Shown here: one piece after another, positions 46,054 through 55,697 of the stretch | Position numbering within the stretch: the stretch's first letter is position 1 | How the letters are laid out: every line of letters begins with the position of its first letter | Assembly (NCBI GenBank): GCA_031550325.1 | Contig: JAVBOR010000018.1 | Span: 270 to 64,269 of the forward strand | Length of the DNA: 64,000 nt | Source of the DNA: Oscillospiraceae bacterium | Lineage (GTDB): Bacteria; Bacillota; Clostridia; Oscillospirales; UBA929 | Reading direction: 5' to 3' | Made by a program: the position numbers and the translations under genes | The notes under the pieces: model-generated | What the model was told of the DNA's origin: nothing | Database searches by the model: none | What the model saw: the letters and a program-made list of their open reading frames with translations, nothing else

Positions 46054-46404
46054 TCACCTTTGCTTATCCACCTTTTTCTTCACGGCCTCGCTCACCTTCC
46101 GGTCGGCTGTTTCCTGATAGAGCTCGGCGTATGTCTTGGAGCCCTTGATCAGGCCGTCGCAGAAGGCAGCCACGTCGCTGCCGGTCACGTCAAGGACGGC
46201 TTTCCCCAGCGCGGCGCCCTCTTCAAAGAGCTCAGCAATTCCACAGAGCAGGCCAAACTCGCGGATCAGCTCGACGGGGCCGACCTTGAAGAGATATTTC
46301 TGTATCTCTTTGTAGACAATCTGATAGTCCGGCGGCAGCGCGCTGACCCGCGCCACATGCGCCCGACACTCTTTTTTGCCGTCCAGGGTATCCCGTATGC
46401 TCAT
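46054..46404 (-). CDS. DUF1048 domain protein
   Basis: LPPDYQIVYKEIQKYLFK...LFEEGAA.GK.VLDVTGSDVAAFCD.L. Confidence 0.88.
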   Translation of the reverse strand: MSIRDTLDGKKECRAHVARVSALPPDYQIVYKEIQKYLFKVGPVELIREFGLLCGIAELFEEGAALGKAVLDVTGSDVAAFCDGLIKGSKTYAELYQETADRKVSEAVKKKVDKQR

Positions 46405-46510
46405 GAGTCTCTCCCCAGTTTTTTGAAATATTGCGGTTGAGCTGCTCGCGCCGCTTGTCGCGGAATGTTTTGCCCCCTCGCCGCCGGCAAACGCCGAGCA
46501 AAAGCCCTTG
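46401..46510 (-). pseudogene. 3' remnant of a second DUF1048-like gene
   Basis: KGFCSAFAGGEGAK / TFRDKRREQLNRNISK / LGRDS* across two 1-bp deletions in A-runs; the restored stop overlaps the next ATG (ATGA). Confidence 0.7.
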
Positions 46511-46667
46511 CTACTCAGTACGGCTTATATGAAGCATAACTATAAACTGGTATGTGGTATCACATGACAGAATGGCTGTCAAGTGGGCTTTGAAACGCCG
46601 CCATGCCGGAAAAGCGTTGGCATTGCTACTGCGGGATTTGTCAGCATTTCAATATTTTTGCGGTCTA

Positions 46668-46696
46668 TTGACCACACCGGACTGGTGCGGTATTAT
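46668..46696 (+). promoter_or_regulatory. sigA promoter with internal operator-like dyad for the ABC-2 operon
   Basis: TTGACC-17bp-TATTAT; ACCACACC-ggact-GGTGCGGT inverted repeat in the spacer. Confidence 0.65.
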
Positions 46697-46720
46697 TAGG
46701 ATGAATTTGTATCGAGTTTA

Positions 46721-46790
46721 GTCCGGAAAGAACCTGCCGGTGGCAGGCTCAACGTGGTTTTGCGCAAAGGAGCAAGGGGTTTCTTTGATC
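46721..46790 (+). repeat. Partial S module in the leader of the ABC operon
   Basis: AAGAACCTGCCGG...AGGCTCAACGTGGTTTTGCGCAAAGGA, matching about 34788-34814. Confidence 0.75.
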
Positions 46791-46822
46791 CACTGTCTGA
46801 AAAAATAGGAGGCAGCAAAACG

Positions 46823-47710
46823 GTGAGTATTATGCAGGTCAGCAATCTGACAAAGAAGTACGGGCAGTTTACCGCGCTGAGAGACGTCAGCATCAGCGTG
46901 GAACCCGGCGAGGTCTATGGCTTTATCGGCCCTAACGGAGCCGGCAAAACCACCGCCATACGTGTTTTGCTGGGAATCCTGAAGGCGACGAGCGGCGGCG
47001 CGACCATTTTCGGAAAAGACGTTTGGAAAGAGGCAGTCGAGATACACCGGAACATCGCGTACGTCCCCGGCGACGTCAACCTCTGGTCGAACCTGACCGG
47101 CGGCGAGGTTATCGACCTCTTTGTGCGGCTGCGCAAGGGGGACAACAAGAGCAGGCGGGAAGAGCTGATCAGGCGCTTTGACCTTGATCCCACGAAGCGA
47201 TGCCGCGCGTATTCCAAGGGGAACCGGCAAAAAGTGGCGCTTGTGGCGGCGTTTTCAGCCGATGCGGATTTGTACATCCTCGACGAGCCGACCTCCGGCC
47301 TTGACCCCCTGATGGAGAAGGTTTTTCAGGAGTGCGTCCTGGAGGTCAAGCAGTCCGGCAAGGCGGTCTTCCTGTCCAGCCACATTTTGCAGGAGGTCGA
47401 GCGCCTCTGCGACAAGGTCAGCATCATCCGCGAGGGCAGGATTATCGAAACGGGCACCATGAAGGAGCTGCGCCACCTGACGCGTACCAGCATCACCGTG
47501 GAAACGGATCGGCCGGTAGAAGGGCTGGAGGCCGTTCCGGGTGTCCACAATCTGCGCCGCACCGGCGGCGGGCTGACCTTCGCCGTGGATACGAAAGAAC
47601 TCAACAGCGCTATGGCGATGCTGTCCGGTTTCGGCATTGTCAAGCTGGAGAGCTCGCCGCCCACGCTGGAGGAGCTGTTCATGAGCCATTATGTGAGCGC
47701 AGGGGGCTGA
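46823..47710 (+). CDS. ABC-2 type exporter ATP-binding subunit
   Basis: GPNGAGKT, YSKGNRQK, ILDEPTSGLDP, LSSH. Confidence 0.93.
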   Translation: MSIMQVSNLTKKYGQFTALRDVSISVEPGEVYGFIGPNGAGKTTAIRVLLGILKATSGGATIFGKDVWKEAVEIHRNIAYVPGDVNLWSNLTGGEVIDLFVRLRKGDNKSRREELIRRFDLDPTKRCRAYSKGNRQKVALVAAFSADADLYILDEPTSGLDPLMEKVFQECVLEVKQSGKAVFLSSHILQEVERLCDKVSIIREGRIIETGTMKELRHLTRTSITVETDRPVEGLEAVPGVHNLRRTGGGLTFAVDTKELNSAMAMLSGFGIVKLESSPPTLEELFMSHYVSAGG

Positions 47711-47715
47711 TCAAC

Positions 47716-49299
47716 ATGTTTGAAAACACGCTTTTGCTCTGCCGCCTCATCTTTCGCCGTGACAGGCTGCGCGCGCTCATCTGGCTTGTGGGCACGCTGG
47801 CGCTGGTCGTCGGTTTCGGCGGCGCTGTTCCGGGGATGTATCCCACCGAGGCCGAGCGGCTTGTGATGGCCGAGACGATGAAAAGCCCGGCGATGGTCGT
47901 GATGCTGGGCCCTGTCTATGACGCCGGCGGATATACGGTCGGCGCGCTGTACTCGAACTTTATGCTTCTGTGGTCGGCTGTGATCATGGGCCTCATGAAC
48001 ATCTTTCTCGTCGTGCGCCACACCAGGCAGGACGAGGAACGCGGACGCATTGAGGTCATCCGCTCCCTGCCCGTGGGCAGGCTCAGCGGACTCTCGGCCG
48101 TGCTGACCAACTCGCTTGTCATGAACCTTGTCTTCGCCGTTCTGATCGGGCTGGGTCTGGCCGTATTGGGCGTCGAGAGCATGGATTTCACGGGCTCCAT
48201 GCTGTTTGGCGCGGCGCTGGGCGCGATAGGGCTGATCTTTGCCGCCGTGACCGCGGTGTTCTGCCAGCTTTGCTCGAGCCCACGAACAGCACAGTCGCTG
48301 TCGTTGGCGTTTCTCGTCATCCTGTATATGGTGCGCGGGATGGGCGATATGCAGAGCGAGCTGCTGGCCTGCCTTTCGCCGCTGGGCCTGATCCTGCGGA
48401 CGAAGGCGTACGTTGAAAACCTTTGGTGGCCGGTACTGGTGACGCTGCTGCTCAGCGTCGCCGTCGCTATGCTTGCCTTCTGGCTGGGCGGCATCCGCGA
48501 CATGGGCGAGGGCCTTGTTCCGGCGCGTCCGGGGAGGCGAGACGCGCCGCGCTATCTGAAGGGCGCCGGCGGGCTGGCCTGGCGGCTGCTGCGGACGCCG
48601 TTCATCATCTGGGTGCTGATCGTGCCGATTTTGGGCATGGCCTACGGCTCGGTCATGGGGGATATGGAGTCGTTTATCTCGACCAACGAGATTTTCAAGG
48701 TGATCGTCCCGGACGGGGACCCCGCGCAGTTTGTGTCCTTTTTGATGGTCATCATGGCCATTGTCGGCACGATCCCGATTCTGCAGTTCATCCTCAAGGC
48801 GCGCTCGCAGGAGAGCGGCGGCTATGCCGAACATGTCCTGGCCAGGGCAGCGTCACGCCATGGCCAGCTTCGGGGCTATTTCCTGATCGCCCTTGCCGCC
48901 GGCGCGCTGGTGCCCTTCTTAACCGCGGTCGGCTTTTGGGCCGGGAGCTTTCCGGTCATGGAGGATCCGATCGCCTTTACGACGTACTTGCAGGTGTCCG
49001 TGGTCTATACGCCCGCCATATGGTTCATGCTGGGCGTCGCCATGCTGCTGATCGCCTATTTGCCGCGTTTTACCGCCTTTGCGTGGGCATACTTGGGGTA
49101 CGCGTTTATCATCCTCTACATCGGGAGCGTCATGAAGCTGCCCGAGTGGCTGGGAAAGCTTTCCCCGTTTGGGTATATCCCCAGGCTCCCCATGGACGAG
49201 TTCAATGTCTGGTCAGCCGCCGCGCTCACCGCGATCGCCCTGGCGATGTTTGCGCTCGGGTTTGTGGGCTATCGCCGGAGAGACATGGCGTTCTCGTGA
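47716..49299 (+). CDS. ABC-2 type exporter permease (TnrB3-like)
   Basis: RHTRQDEERGRIEVIRSLPVGR, EESG-like repeat, RRRD C-terminus; two TM halves. Confidence 0.88.
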   Translation: MFENTLLLCRLIFRRDRLRALIWLVGTLALVVGFGGAVPGMYPTEAERLVMAETMKSPAMVVMLGPVYDAGGYTVGALYSNFMLLWSAVIMGLMNIFLVVRHTRQDEERGRIEVIRSLPVGRLSGLSAVLTNSLVMNLVFAVLIGLGLAVLGVESMDFTGSMLFGAALGAIGLIFAAVTAVFCQLCSSPRTAQSLSLAFLVILYMVRGMGDMQSELLACLSPLGLILRTKAYVENLWWPVLVTLLLSVAVAMLAFWLGGIRDMGEGLVPARPGRRDAPRYLKGAGGLAWRLLRTPFIIWVLIVPILGMAYGSVMGDMESFISTNEIFKVIVPDGDPAQFVSFLMVIMAIVGTIPILQFILKARSQESGGYAEHVLARAASRHGQLRGYFLIALAAGALVPFLTAVGFWAGSFPVMEDPIAFTTYLQVSVVYTPAIWFMLGVAMLLIAYLPRFTAFAWAYLGYAFIILYIGSVMKLPEWLGKLSPFGYIPRLPMDEFNVWSAAALTAIALAMFALGFVGYRRRDMAFS

Positions 49300-49332
49300 C
49301 AAAATGCTCTGAGCCAAGAGGGGCGGGGACGC

Positions 49333-49425
49333 GCAAAGAGCCGCTTTCCCGGAGTGAACCCGTGAAAGCATTGTGTTTGGGTCTTTATCGGTTTTTGGTG
49401 AGGCAGGGACCTGCCGGCTCGCGCC
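49333..49425 (+). repeat. Partial hairpin element (Q plus half S)
   Basis: GCTTTCCCGGAGTGAACCCGTGAAAGC then CTTTATCGGTTTTTGGTGAGGCAGGGACCTGCCGGC. Confidence 0.8.
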
Positions 49426-49499
49426 GGGAGCGGAGACAGAACCGTGCCCCACCGTACAAGTAAAGGGAACTTGCCGAGTGTACAGGAGTTAAGCTTTTT

Positions 49500-50903
49500 A
49501 TGGGGGAACAGGGAAAAAAGAAAAGACCGTTTCATCTGACACCGTCTCAAAAGATCATGGCCGGGTTTGCGGGTATGATTCTGATCGGCGCGTCGCTGCT
49601 CAACCTGCCCATCGCCAGCAAGTCCGGCGAGAGCATCGGGTTTTTAAACGCCCTGTTCACCGCCACGTCGGCCAACTGCGTCACGGGGCTTGTCGTGGTG
49701 AACACCATGGAGCACTGGACCGTGTTTGGCAAGGTGTTGATTCTCCTGCTGATCCAGTTTGGCGCCATGGGGTTTATTACGCTGATGACGGTTGCGCTGC
49801 TGCTCACAAAGCGTCAGATCTCTTTGCGCAGCCGGCAGGTTATTCAGGCGTCGTTTAATCAAAACGATATCGGCGGCATGGTAAAGCTGGTGAGAAACGT
49901 TATTATGGCCACCGTGATCGTTGAGGCAGCCGGGGCCGTTTTGCTGGCAGTTTCCTTTTTTACCACGTCCTCCATGACGGCGGGCGAGGCGATTTACCAG
50001 GGCGTGTTTCATTCGATATCCGCGTTTTGCAACGCCGGGTTTGACAACATCGGGACAAGCAGCATGACCGCTTACCGGAGCAATATCCCAGTCAACGGGA
50101 TTCTGATGGCGCTGATTGTCGCCGGAGGAATCGGTTTTCCCGTGTGGGGCGAGATGAGGCGGTTTTTCAAAAACCCGCAGAGGAAAACCCTTCGCTTTCG
50201 CACTGTCCACCTGAGTCTGCATACAAAGATCGTGTTCATCGTCACCGCCGTCCTGATCGTGTCAGGCGCTGCCTTATTTCTCACGCTCGAGTGGGCTAAT
50301 CCGGACACCCTCGGCGGTTTGCCGGTCTGGCAGAAAACCCTGGCAGCGCTGTTTCAGTCAGTCTCCCTGCGCACCGCGGGGTTTAACACCATCGCTCAGG
50401 ACGGGCTGACCGAAGCGTCACAGTTTGTCTCGTGCGTTCTCATGATCATCGGAGGCTCCTCGGCCAGCGCGGCGGGGGGCGTGAAGACCGTGACGGTCGG
50501 CATCATTGTGTTTTCGATGCTCTCGGTGCTGAGAGGGCGCGGGAAGCTGGAGGCGCTTGGGCGAACCATGCCGCTGGACTTACTTCAAAAGGCGCTGACC
50601 GTGGTCACCGCGATGCTCACCGTCGTGCTCGCGTCTACGCTCATCCTGTGCTTTACCGAGCAGGGCTCACCGATGCCCCATAGCTTTCTGGATTTGCTTT
50701 TTGAGAGCTGCTCGGCGGCGGGCACCGTCGGCGTGAGTACCGGGATTACGCCGTATCTCTCGCCCGCGGGAAAAATCGTCATCACGGTCTGTATGTATTT
50801 GGGGCGCCTGAGCCCTGTTACCGTGGTGGTTGCCTTAAACACAAGGCTCCGGACGGGCGCGGACGGCCTGACGTTCCCCCGGGAGAGGGTTATCATCGGA
50901 TAG
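49500..50903 (+). CDS. ktrB: KtrB/TrkH potassium uptake membrane subunit
   Basis: TATSANCVTG, SAFCNAG, SLRTAG, SAAGTVG selectivity-filter repeats. Confidence 0.92.
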   Translation: MGEQGKKKRPFHLTPSQKIMAGFAGMILIGASLLNLPIASKSGESIGFLNALFTATSANCVTGLVVVNTMEHWTVFGKVLILLLIQFGAMGFITLMTVALLLTKRQISLRSRQVIQASFNQNDIGGMVKLVRNVIMATVIVEAAGAVLLAVSFFTTSSMTAGEAIYQGVFHSISAFCNAGFDNIGTSSMTAYRSNIPVNGILMALIVAGGIGFPVWGEMRRFFKNPQRKTLRFRTVHLSLHTKIVFIVTAVLIVSGAALFLTLEWANPDTLGGLPVWQKTLAALFQSVSLRTAGFNTIAQDGLTEASQFVSCVLMIIGGSSASAAGGVKTVTVGIIVFSMLSVLRGRGKLEALGRTMPLDLLQKALTVVTAMLTVVLASTLILCFTEQGSPMPHSFLDLLFESCSAAGTVGVSTGITPYLSPAGKIVITVCMYLGRLSPVTVVVALNTRLRTGADGLTFPRERVIIG

Positions 50904-50915
50904 GAGGAGCCGCAT

Positions 50916-51560
50916 ATGGCAAAGCGAGGACAGTATACACAGTTCGCGGTGTTGGGGCTGGGACTATTCGGGATGAGCATCGTTCAGACGCTTTCCGAGA
51001 GCGATGTCAGCATTCTGGCCTGCGATAACGACGAAATAAAGCTGCAGCAGGCGGCAGCTTACGCAACGCACGTCGTGCAGGCCGACGTCACCGACGAAAA
51101 CGCGTTGGAAAGGCTGGGGCTGGGCAACTTTGAGGTCGTCATTGTGGCGATTGGCGAGGATTTCGAGGCGTCGCAAATCGCCGCCATGATTGCCAGGGAA
51201 CACGGCGTGAAGCACATCATTGTGAAAGCGCGCAACAACCGGCAAAAAACTATTTTGGAGAGCATGGGCGTTGGTGAGGTCATACTGCCCGAGCATGAGA
51301 TCGGCGCAAAGCTGGCCCGGAAGCTGACGGGGTCGGGCGTGCTGGATATCCTGGAGGAGTCAGACCTCTTCACGATCAAGGAAATGCGGCCGATGGACGA
51401 ATGGGTGAACAAGACGATCCGGCAGGCCGACATTCGCCGCAAGCACAATCTGACTATATTGGCGATCCGGCACGGGGAGAAGCTGAAAATCCCGGTGACG
51501 CCGGACACGGTGATGGCCGGGGACGATATACTCATAACGCTGAGCGAACACAGTAAGTAA
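50916..51560 (+). CDS. ktrA: KtrA/TrkA RCK regulatory subunit
   Basis: VLGLGLFG Rossmann motif plus TrkA_C. Confidence 0.92.
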   Translation: MAKRGQYTQFAVLGLGLFGMSIVQTLSESDVSILACDNDEIKLQQAAAYATHVVQADVTDENALERLGLGNFEVVIVAIGEDFEASQIAAMIAREHGVKHIIVKARNNRQKTILESMGVGEVILPEHEIGAKLARKLTGSGVLDILEESDLFTIKEMRPMDEWVNKTIRQADIRRKHNLTILAIRHGEKLKIPVTPDTVMAGDDILITLSEHSK

Positions 51561-51649
51561 AGGGCAGCAGGCTGATCCGGTTTCTTCTTGGACAGTTTGA
51601 CACTTTTCCGGCATCCGGTGCGCTGGGTCAATTACTATGCAAGGGATGT

Positions 51650-52533
51650 GTGATGATGGATACAGGGCCGGGCAGAAAGCATTATCTTGATGTCTTGCGT
51701 TCTTTATCGGTGTTTTTGCTTTTTCCATATCACACGTTTATGATCTATAACAGTTTCGGCGAGCGCTTTTATATCCACGGGGCGGATCTTGCGGCGTGCT
51801 GCTGCTTATCCCCGTCCAGTCTTATATCGCTGGCCTGTTTTGGAACGGTGAGGCGAATTACCTGGACTTTTTCACCAAATTTACGGACTTAACCGGATAT
51901 GACGGCGGATTCACGCCCGGACAGCTCTGGTTTATTCTGTATCTCTTCGTGATCTCCATCTTCTTTCTTCCTATAGCGGCGCTTTATCAGTCCTCGCCCA
52001 GAAGGCGCTTTGCCCACAAGCTGCCGCTGGGCGTTCTCCTTGTTCTCGGCGTTGTCCCGCTCCTGACCCATGCTCTTCTGAACATTAGCGGGAAAAGCGT
52101 TGGGGAGTTTGCGGCCTATTTCCTGCTCGGCTATTTTATCCTGTCCGATGAGGACGTTCTGGCCAAACTCGACCGGTATAGGTTTTGGCTGCTCGCTGCC
52201 ATGCTGTGCGGCGTGGTGGAGACGCTTCTCACCAACCATTTGTTCCAGGAGTTTTTCTCATGGATCAACATCTTGGCGCTGCTAGGGCTTGCCAGGCATT
52301 ATCTGAATTTTGACAACAAGCTGACCGGGTATCTTTCCAAAGCGTCGTTCGGCATCTACATATTCCATCAATCATGGATTGTCGTGATCGCGTATTTTGT
52401 CCTGCCGGTCGTCAGCGTCCCCGCAGCGCAGATTTTGATCATTCTCACCGCCAGTGTTGCGCTGACTTTTCTGACCTATGAGGGGGCCAGGCGGGTTCCG
52501 GCGTTCCGGGGAATGTTCGGCCTGAAAAAGTGA
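51650..52533 (+). pseudogene. Acyltransferase-3 (OpgC-like) gene broken by an internal deletion/frameshift
   Basis: RKHYLDVLR...PYH..IY frame (51650-51795) jumps to the LLLIPVQSY...PGQLWFILYL...SFGIYIFHQ frame; the WFMPLLF...ERxxxL segment expected in the family is absent. Confidence 0.78.
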
Positions 52534-52854
52534 CCGAAGCGCTCCGCGTGAGGGCGAAGCGGCGTTTGCATGATGCGCTGAATGAGGATAAAAGAGTTCA
52601 GATTCCCGTTTTGACCTGAGAAAATGCTTTTCCAATGAGATGAGCTTTGCAGGATTTGGGAGCTGCCTGCATTCTGTATGCATCTAGATACGTATGGCAA
52701 TGATGGTTTTTTGGGGTATAATCAGTTTGTAAACATCTCCATAAGGAGGAATATCAGAAACGCGAATAGGGCTGGAAGTATACTGTGAAAACAACATTGC
52801 CGCGGGGGTTAGGGATGGCGGGCGGCATTCATATTTCGATAGGGGACATGGCCT

Positions 52855-53259
52855 ATGGATATTGTGTATAAAGACACCAAAGATTTTGTGGCAGAGCAGC
52901 TTGAGGACTTGTTTTTGTCGGTGGAATGGTCGTCCGGCCATTATCCCGAGAAGCTGGTTGTCGCGATGAAAAACAGCGGCTCGGTATTTTCCGCCTGGGA
53001 CGGCGGCAAGCTGATTGGGCTGATCAATGCTCTGGATGACGGCGTTATGACCGCATACGTCCACTATTTGTTGGTCAACCCCTCACATCAGGGCAAGGGC
53101 ATCGGCAAAAAACTGGTGGAGCTTATTACGGAAAAATACAGGGATTACCTCCGCATTGTGCTGATCGCCTACGACAAAGAAGTTGGGTTTTATCAGCATT
53201 GCGGCTATACGTCCGGCCAGGAAAAGACGCCGATGTTTATCACGTCGCTCTGGACCTGA
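52855..53259 (+). CDS. GNAT family N-acetyltransferase
   Basis: LLVNPSHQGKGIG motif A, FYQHCGY. Confidence 0.92.
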   Translation: MDIVYKDTKDFVAEQLEDLFLSVEWSSGHYPEKLVVAMKNSGSVFSAWDGGKLIGLINALDDGVMTAYVHYLLVNPSHQGKGIGKKLVELITEKYRDYLRIVLIAYDKEVGFYQHCGYTSGQEKTPMFITSLWT

Positions 53260-53335
53260 CGGCGCACGCAAGGCTATACAGTGTTTGATTTAGGCGGCCG
53301 CGATCTGCGGCCAGTTTTTGCAAGCGAGGTGGCTT

Positions 53336-53872
53336 ATGCGTCTGTTTACCGCGGTTAACTTCTCCGAGGAGCTAAAGGATTCGCTGTCCGGCGTGATAAG
53401 CGCCCTGAAAAAGCAGGGCGTCAGCGGGAGCTTCTCGCAGCGCGACAACCTGCACCTGACGCTGGTGTTCATCGGCGAAACGGGCCGTGTGAGCGACGTC
53501 AGGGCGGCGATGGACGCGGTGACCGGCAAGCCGTTTTCGCTCACCTTGAGCGGCCTGGGCACGTTCAGGCGCGACGGAGGCGATATATTGTGGGTCGGCG
53601 TCAAGGCCGAGGCTGAGCTGTACGCCGTACAAAGGCAGCTCGCAGACGGGCTCATGGCAGCCGGGTTTGACATTGACACCCGCGCCTACAAGCCGCACCT
53701 GACCCTTGGCCGCGAGGTTCGTTTTCCCGCTGAGTTTGACCTCGCCGCCTTTTCGGCGGGTGTTCCGGCGCTCTCTGTCAAGGCGCACTGCGTCAGTCTG
53801 ATGAAATCCGAGCGCGTCGGCGGCAGACTTATATACACCGAGATGGACAACAGGAAGCTGGTACAAGTATGA
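53336..53872 (+). CDS. thpR: RNA 2',3'-cyclic phosphodiesterase (2H family)
   Basis: MRLF.A, two HLTL motifs. Confidence 0.92.
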   Translation: MRLFTAVNFSEELKDSLSGVISALKKQGVSGSFSQRDNLHLTLVFIGETGRVSDVRAAMDAVTGKPFSLTLSGLGTFRRDGGDILWVGVKAEAELYAVQRQLADGLMAAGFDIDTRAYKPHLTLGREVRFPAEFDLAAFSAGVPALSVKAHCVSLMKSERVGGRLIYTEMDNRKLVQV

Positions 53873-54648
53873 AATGCCTGATTATAAACGGCAGCCCGAG
53901 CAAGCGCTACAACTGGGGCGGTAAAATAGTGGAAGGGTTTACGGGGCAGCTGGTGGACGAGGTTAGGCGCTCGATGGCGGCGCTCGGAGAGGTGGGGTTT
54001 GAGGAAATCCGGCTTGCCGATGCGGATCTATCCTACTGCAAGGGCTGCTACAACTGTTTTTTTGGCGGCGAGGACAAGTGCCCTCACGCGGGCGTCATGC
54101 AGCCGATTCTGGAAAAGCTCGATGGGGCGGACTGCCTGATTCTGTCAAGCCCGGTGTACGCCCTGGATGTGTCGGGGCTTGTCAAAACCTTTTTCGACCT
54201 GACCGCGTTTAACTTTCACCGCCCGCGATACTTTACCAAAAAAGCGCTGGTCGTCAGCTCAACGGCGGGCGCCGCGGCGAAGAAAACCTGCGCGTACATG
54301 CGCGACACGTTGATGCACTGGGGTTTTAACCGTGTTTACATGTTGCCTGTGGTCCGCATGAGCGCTGCCGAACCGAGCAAAAAGATGAAAAAGCGCTGCG
54401 CTGATGCGGCGGAAAGGCTCTATTTCGACACAAAGTCCGGGAAGGCGCACAGCCCGAACGTTAAGCGCGTGTTCTTCTTCCAGCTGTGGAAGGCGATGGG
54501 CTTAAGCACGCCCGAAAACGCCGACGGCCGCTACTGGCTGGAGAGCGGGCTCGCGCGGCATGCCTATTCGCCCGACGTGCCGCTTGGACTGCCCAAGCGC
54601 GTTTTCGGAAAGCTGATTGGCGGGATGCTTTGCAGGGTGATGAAGTAA
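53869..54648 (+). CDS. Flavodoxin-like / iron-sulfur flavoprotein (FMN reductase family)
   Basis: INGSP, CKGCYNC...C, SSPVY. Confidence 0.88.
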   Translation: MKCLIINGSPSKRYNWGGKIVEGFTGQLVDEVRRSMAALGEVGFEEIRLADADLSYCKGCYNCFFGGEDKCPHAGVMQPILEKLDGADCLILSSPVYALDVSGLVKTFFDLTAFNFHRPRYFTKKALVVSSTAGAAAKKTCAYMRDTLMHWGFNRVYMLPVVRMSAAEPSKKMKKRCADAAERLYFDTKSGKAHSPNVKRVFFFQLWKAMGLSTPENADGRYWLESGLARHAYSPDVPLGLPKRVFGKLIGGMLCRVMK

Positions 54649-54765
54649 ATGCTCCACGCCAGGGGTTGAACCGGCGAAACCCGACCTGCCTCGGAGGAAG
54701 CTTGGCTCTGGGTGTGGCGGGGGGATGCTGCTGGCGAAGGGACTTGCTACAAGGAGGGAATTGGT

Positions 54766-55584
54766 GTGTCCGTATCAATTTTGTCCATACTTTTTATGGC
54801 GATTTCCGCCGTTATTTCCGTCGGGGTGCCGATTGCGCTGTTCTTATTCTGGCGAAAAAGATTTGATATGAATATTGTCCCCCTGTTGGTGGGCTTGGCG
54901 GCGTTTGTTCTTTTTGCTTTGGGCTTGGAGCAAATGCTGCACGCGGTTGTCTTAAGACCCGATGCGGCGGGAAACATTGCGCTCAGGAGCAACCCGATCC
55001 TGTATATGGCATACGGCTGCTTTGCCGCGGGGATCTTTGAGGAGAGCGCGAGGTTTCTATCCTTTAAGCTGCTCAAGAAAAAGTTTCACGGGGTTGGCAC
55101 CGGCTTGTCCTATGGAATCGGTCACGGCGGCGTTGAAGCAGGGCTTCTTTTGGGCATGACCATGATAAACAACATCGTGCTGGCCGTTATGATTAACTCA
55201 GGGACGATCGACGCCGTAAAGAATGCGCTGCAAGGCACGGCGGCGGCGCAGTTCGACACACAGATCACCGCCCTGACAACAACGCAGCCGTATATGTTTT
55301 TAGTCGGCGGAGCCGAACGCATCTTTGCGCTCGCGATACAGATCTCCCTGTCCGTTTTGGTGTGGTATGCCGTAAACAAAACGGGAAAGGGATGGTTGTT
55401 CCCGGCGGCAATCGCACTCCATGCGCTCATTGACGCCCCCGCCGCGCTTATGCAGACAGGCGTTTTGAACAATGTATTTGTCGTGGAGGGCATTGTTTTT
55501 GCATGCGCCGTGCTCATATCCTTGTTGGCGGTCTTTACGCACAGGAAGCTGAAGGAAAACAGCGTGGCAGTCATCCCGGAGTAG
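54766..55584 (+). CDS. YhfC family glutamic-type intramembrane protease
   Basis: AGIFEESAR, GIGHGGVEA, ER...LAIQ, IALHAL.D. Confidence 0.88.
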   Translation: MSVSILSILFMAISAVISVGVPIALFLFWRKRFDMNIVPLLVGLAAFVLFALGLEQMLHAVVLRPDAAGNIALRSNPILYMAYGCFAAGIFEESARFLSFKLLKKKFHGVGTGLSYGIGHGGVEAGLLLGMTMINNIVLAVMINSGTIDAVKNALQGTAAAQFDTQITALTTTQPYMFLVGGAERIFALAIQISLSVLVWYAVNKTGKGWLFPAAIALHALIDAPAALMQTGVLNNVFVVEGIVFACAVLISLLAVFTHRKLKENSVAVIPE

Positions 55585-55697
55585 GCGGAGGGAAAAGCGT
55601 CTCCTGTGAAACTATTGCAAACAGCCCTCGCGGGCTGATGGAGTTCCCGGCCGCCAAAGAGCCGCGCTTTTTTACGGCCCGTTTATTCAGGAGAGAA

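Noticed and set aside
49300-49500. c-di-AMP (ydaO) riboswitch ahead of ktrBA
   Set aside because: No ydaO consensus seen; the space is filled by Q/S repeat modules.
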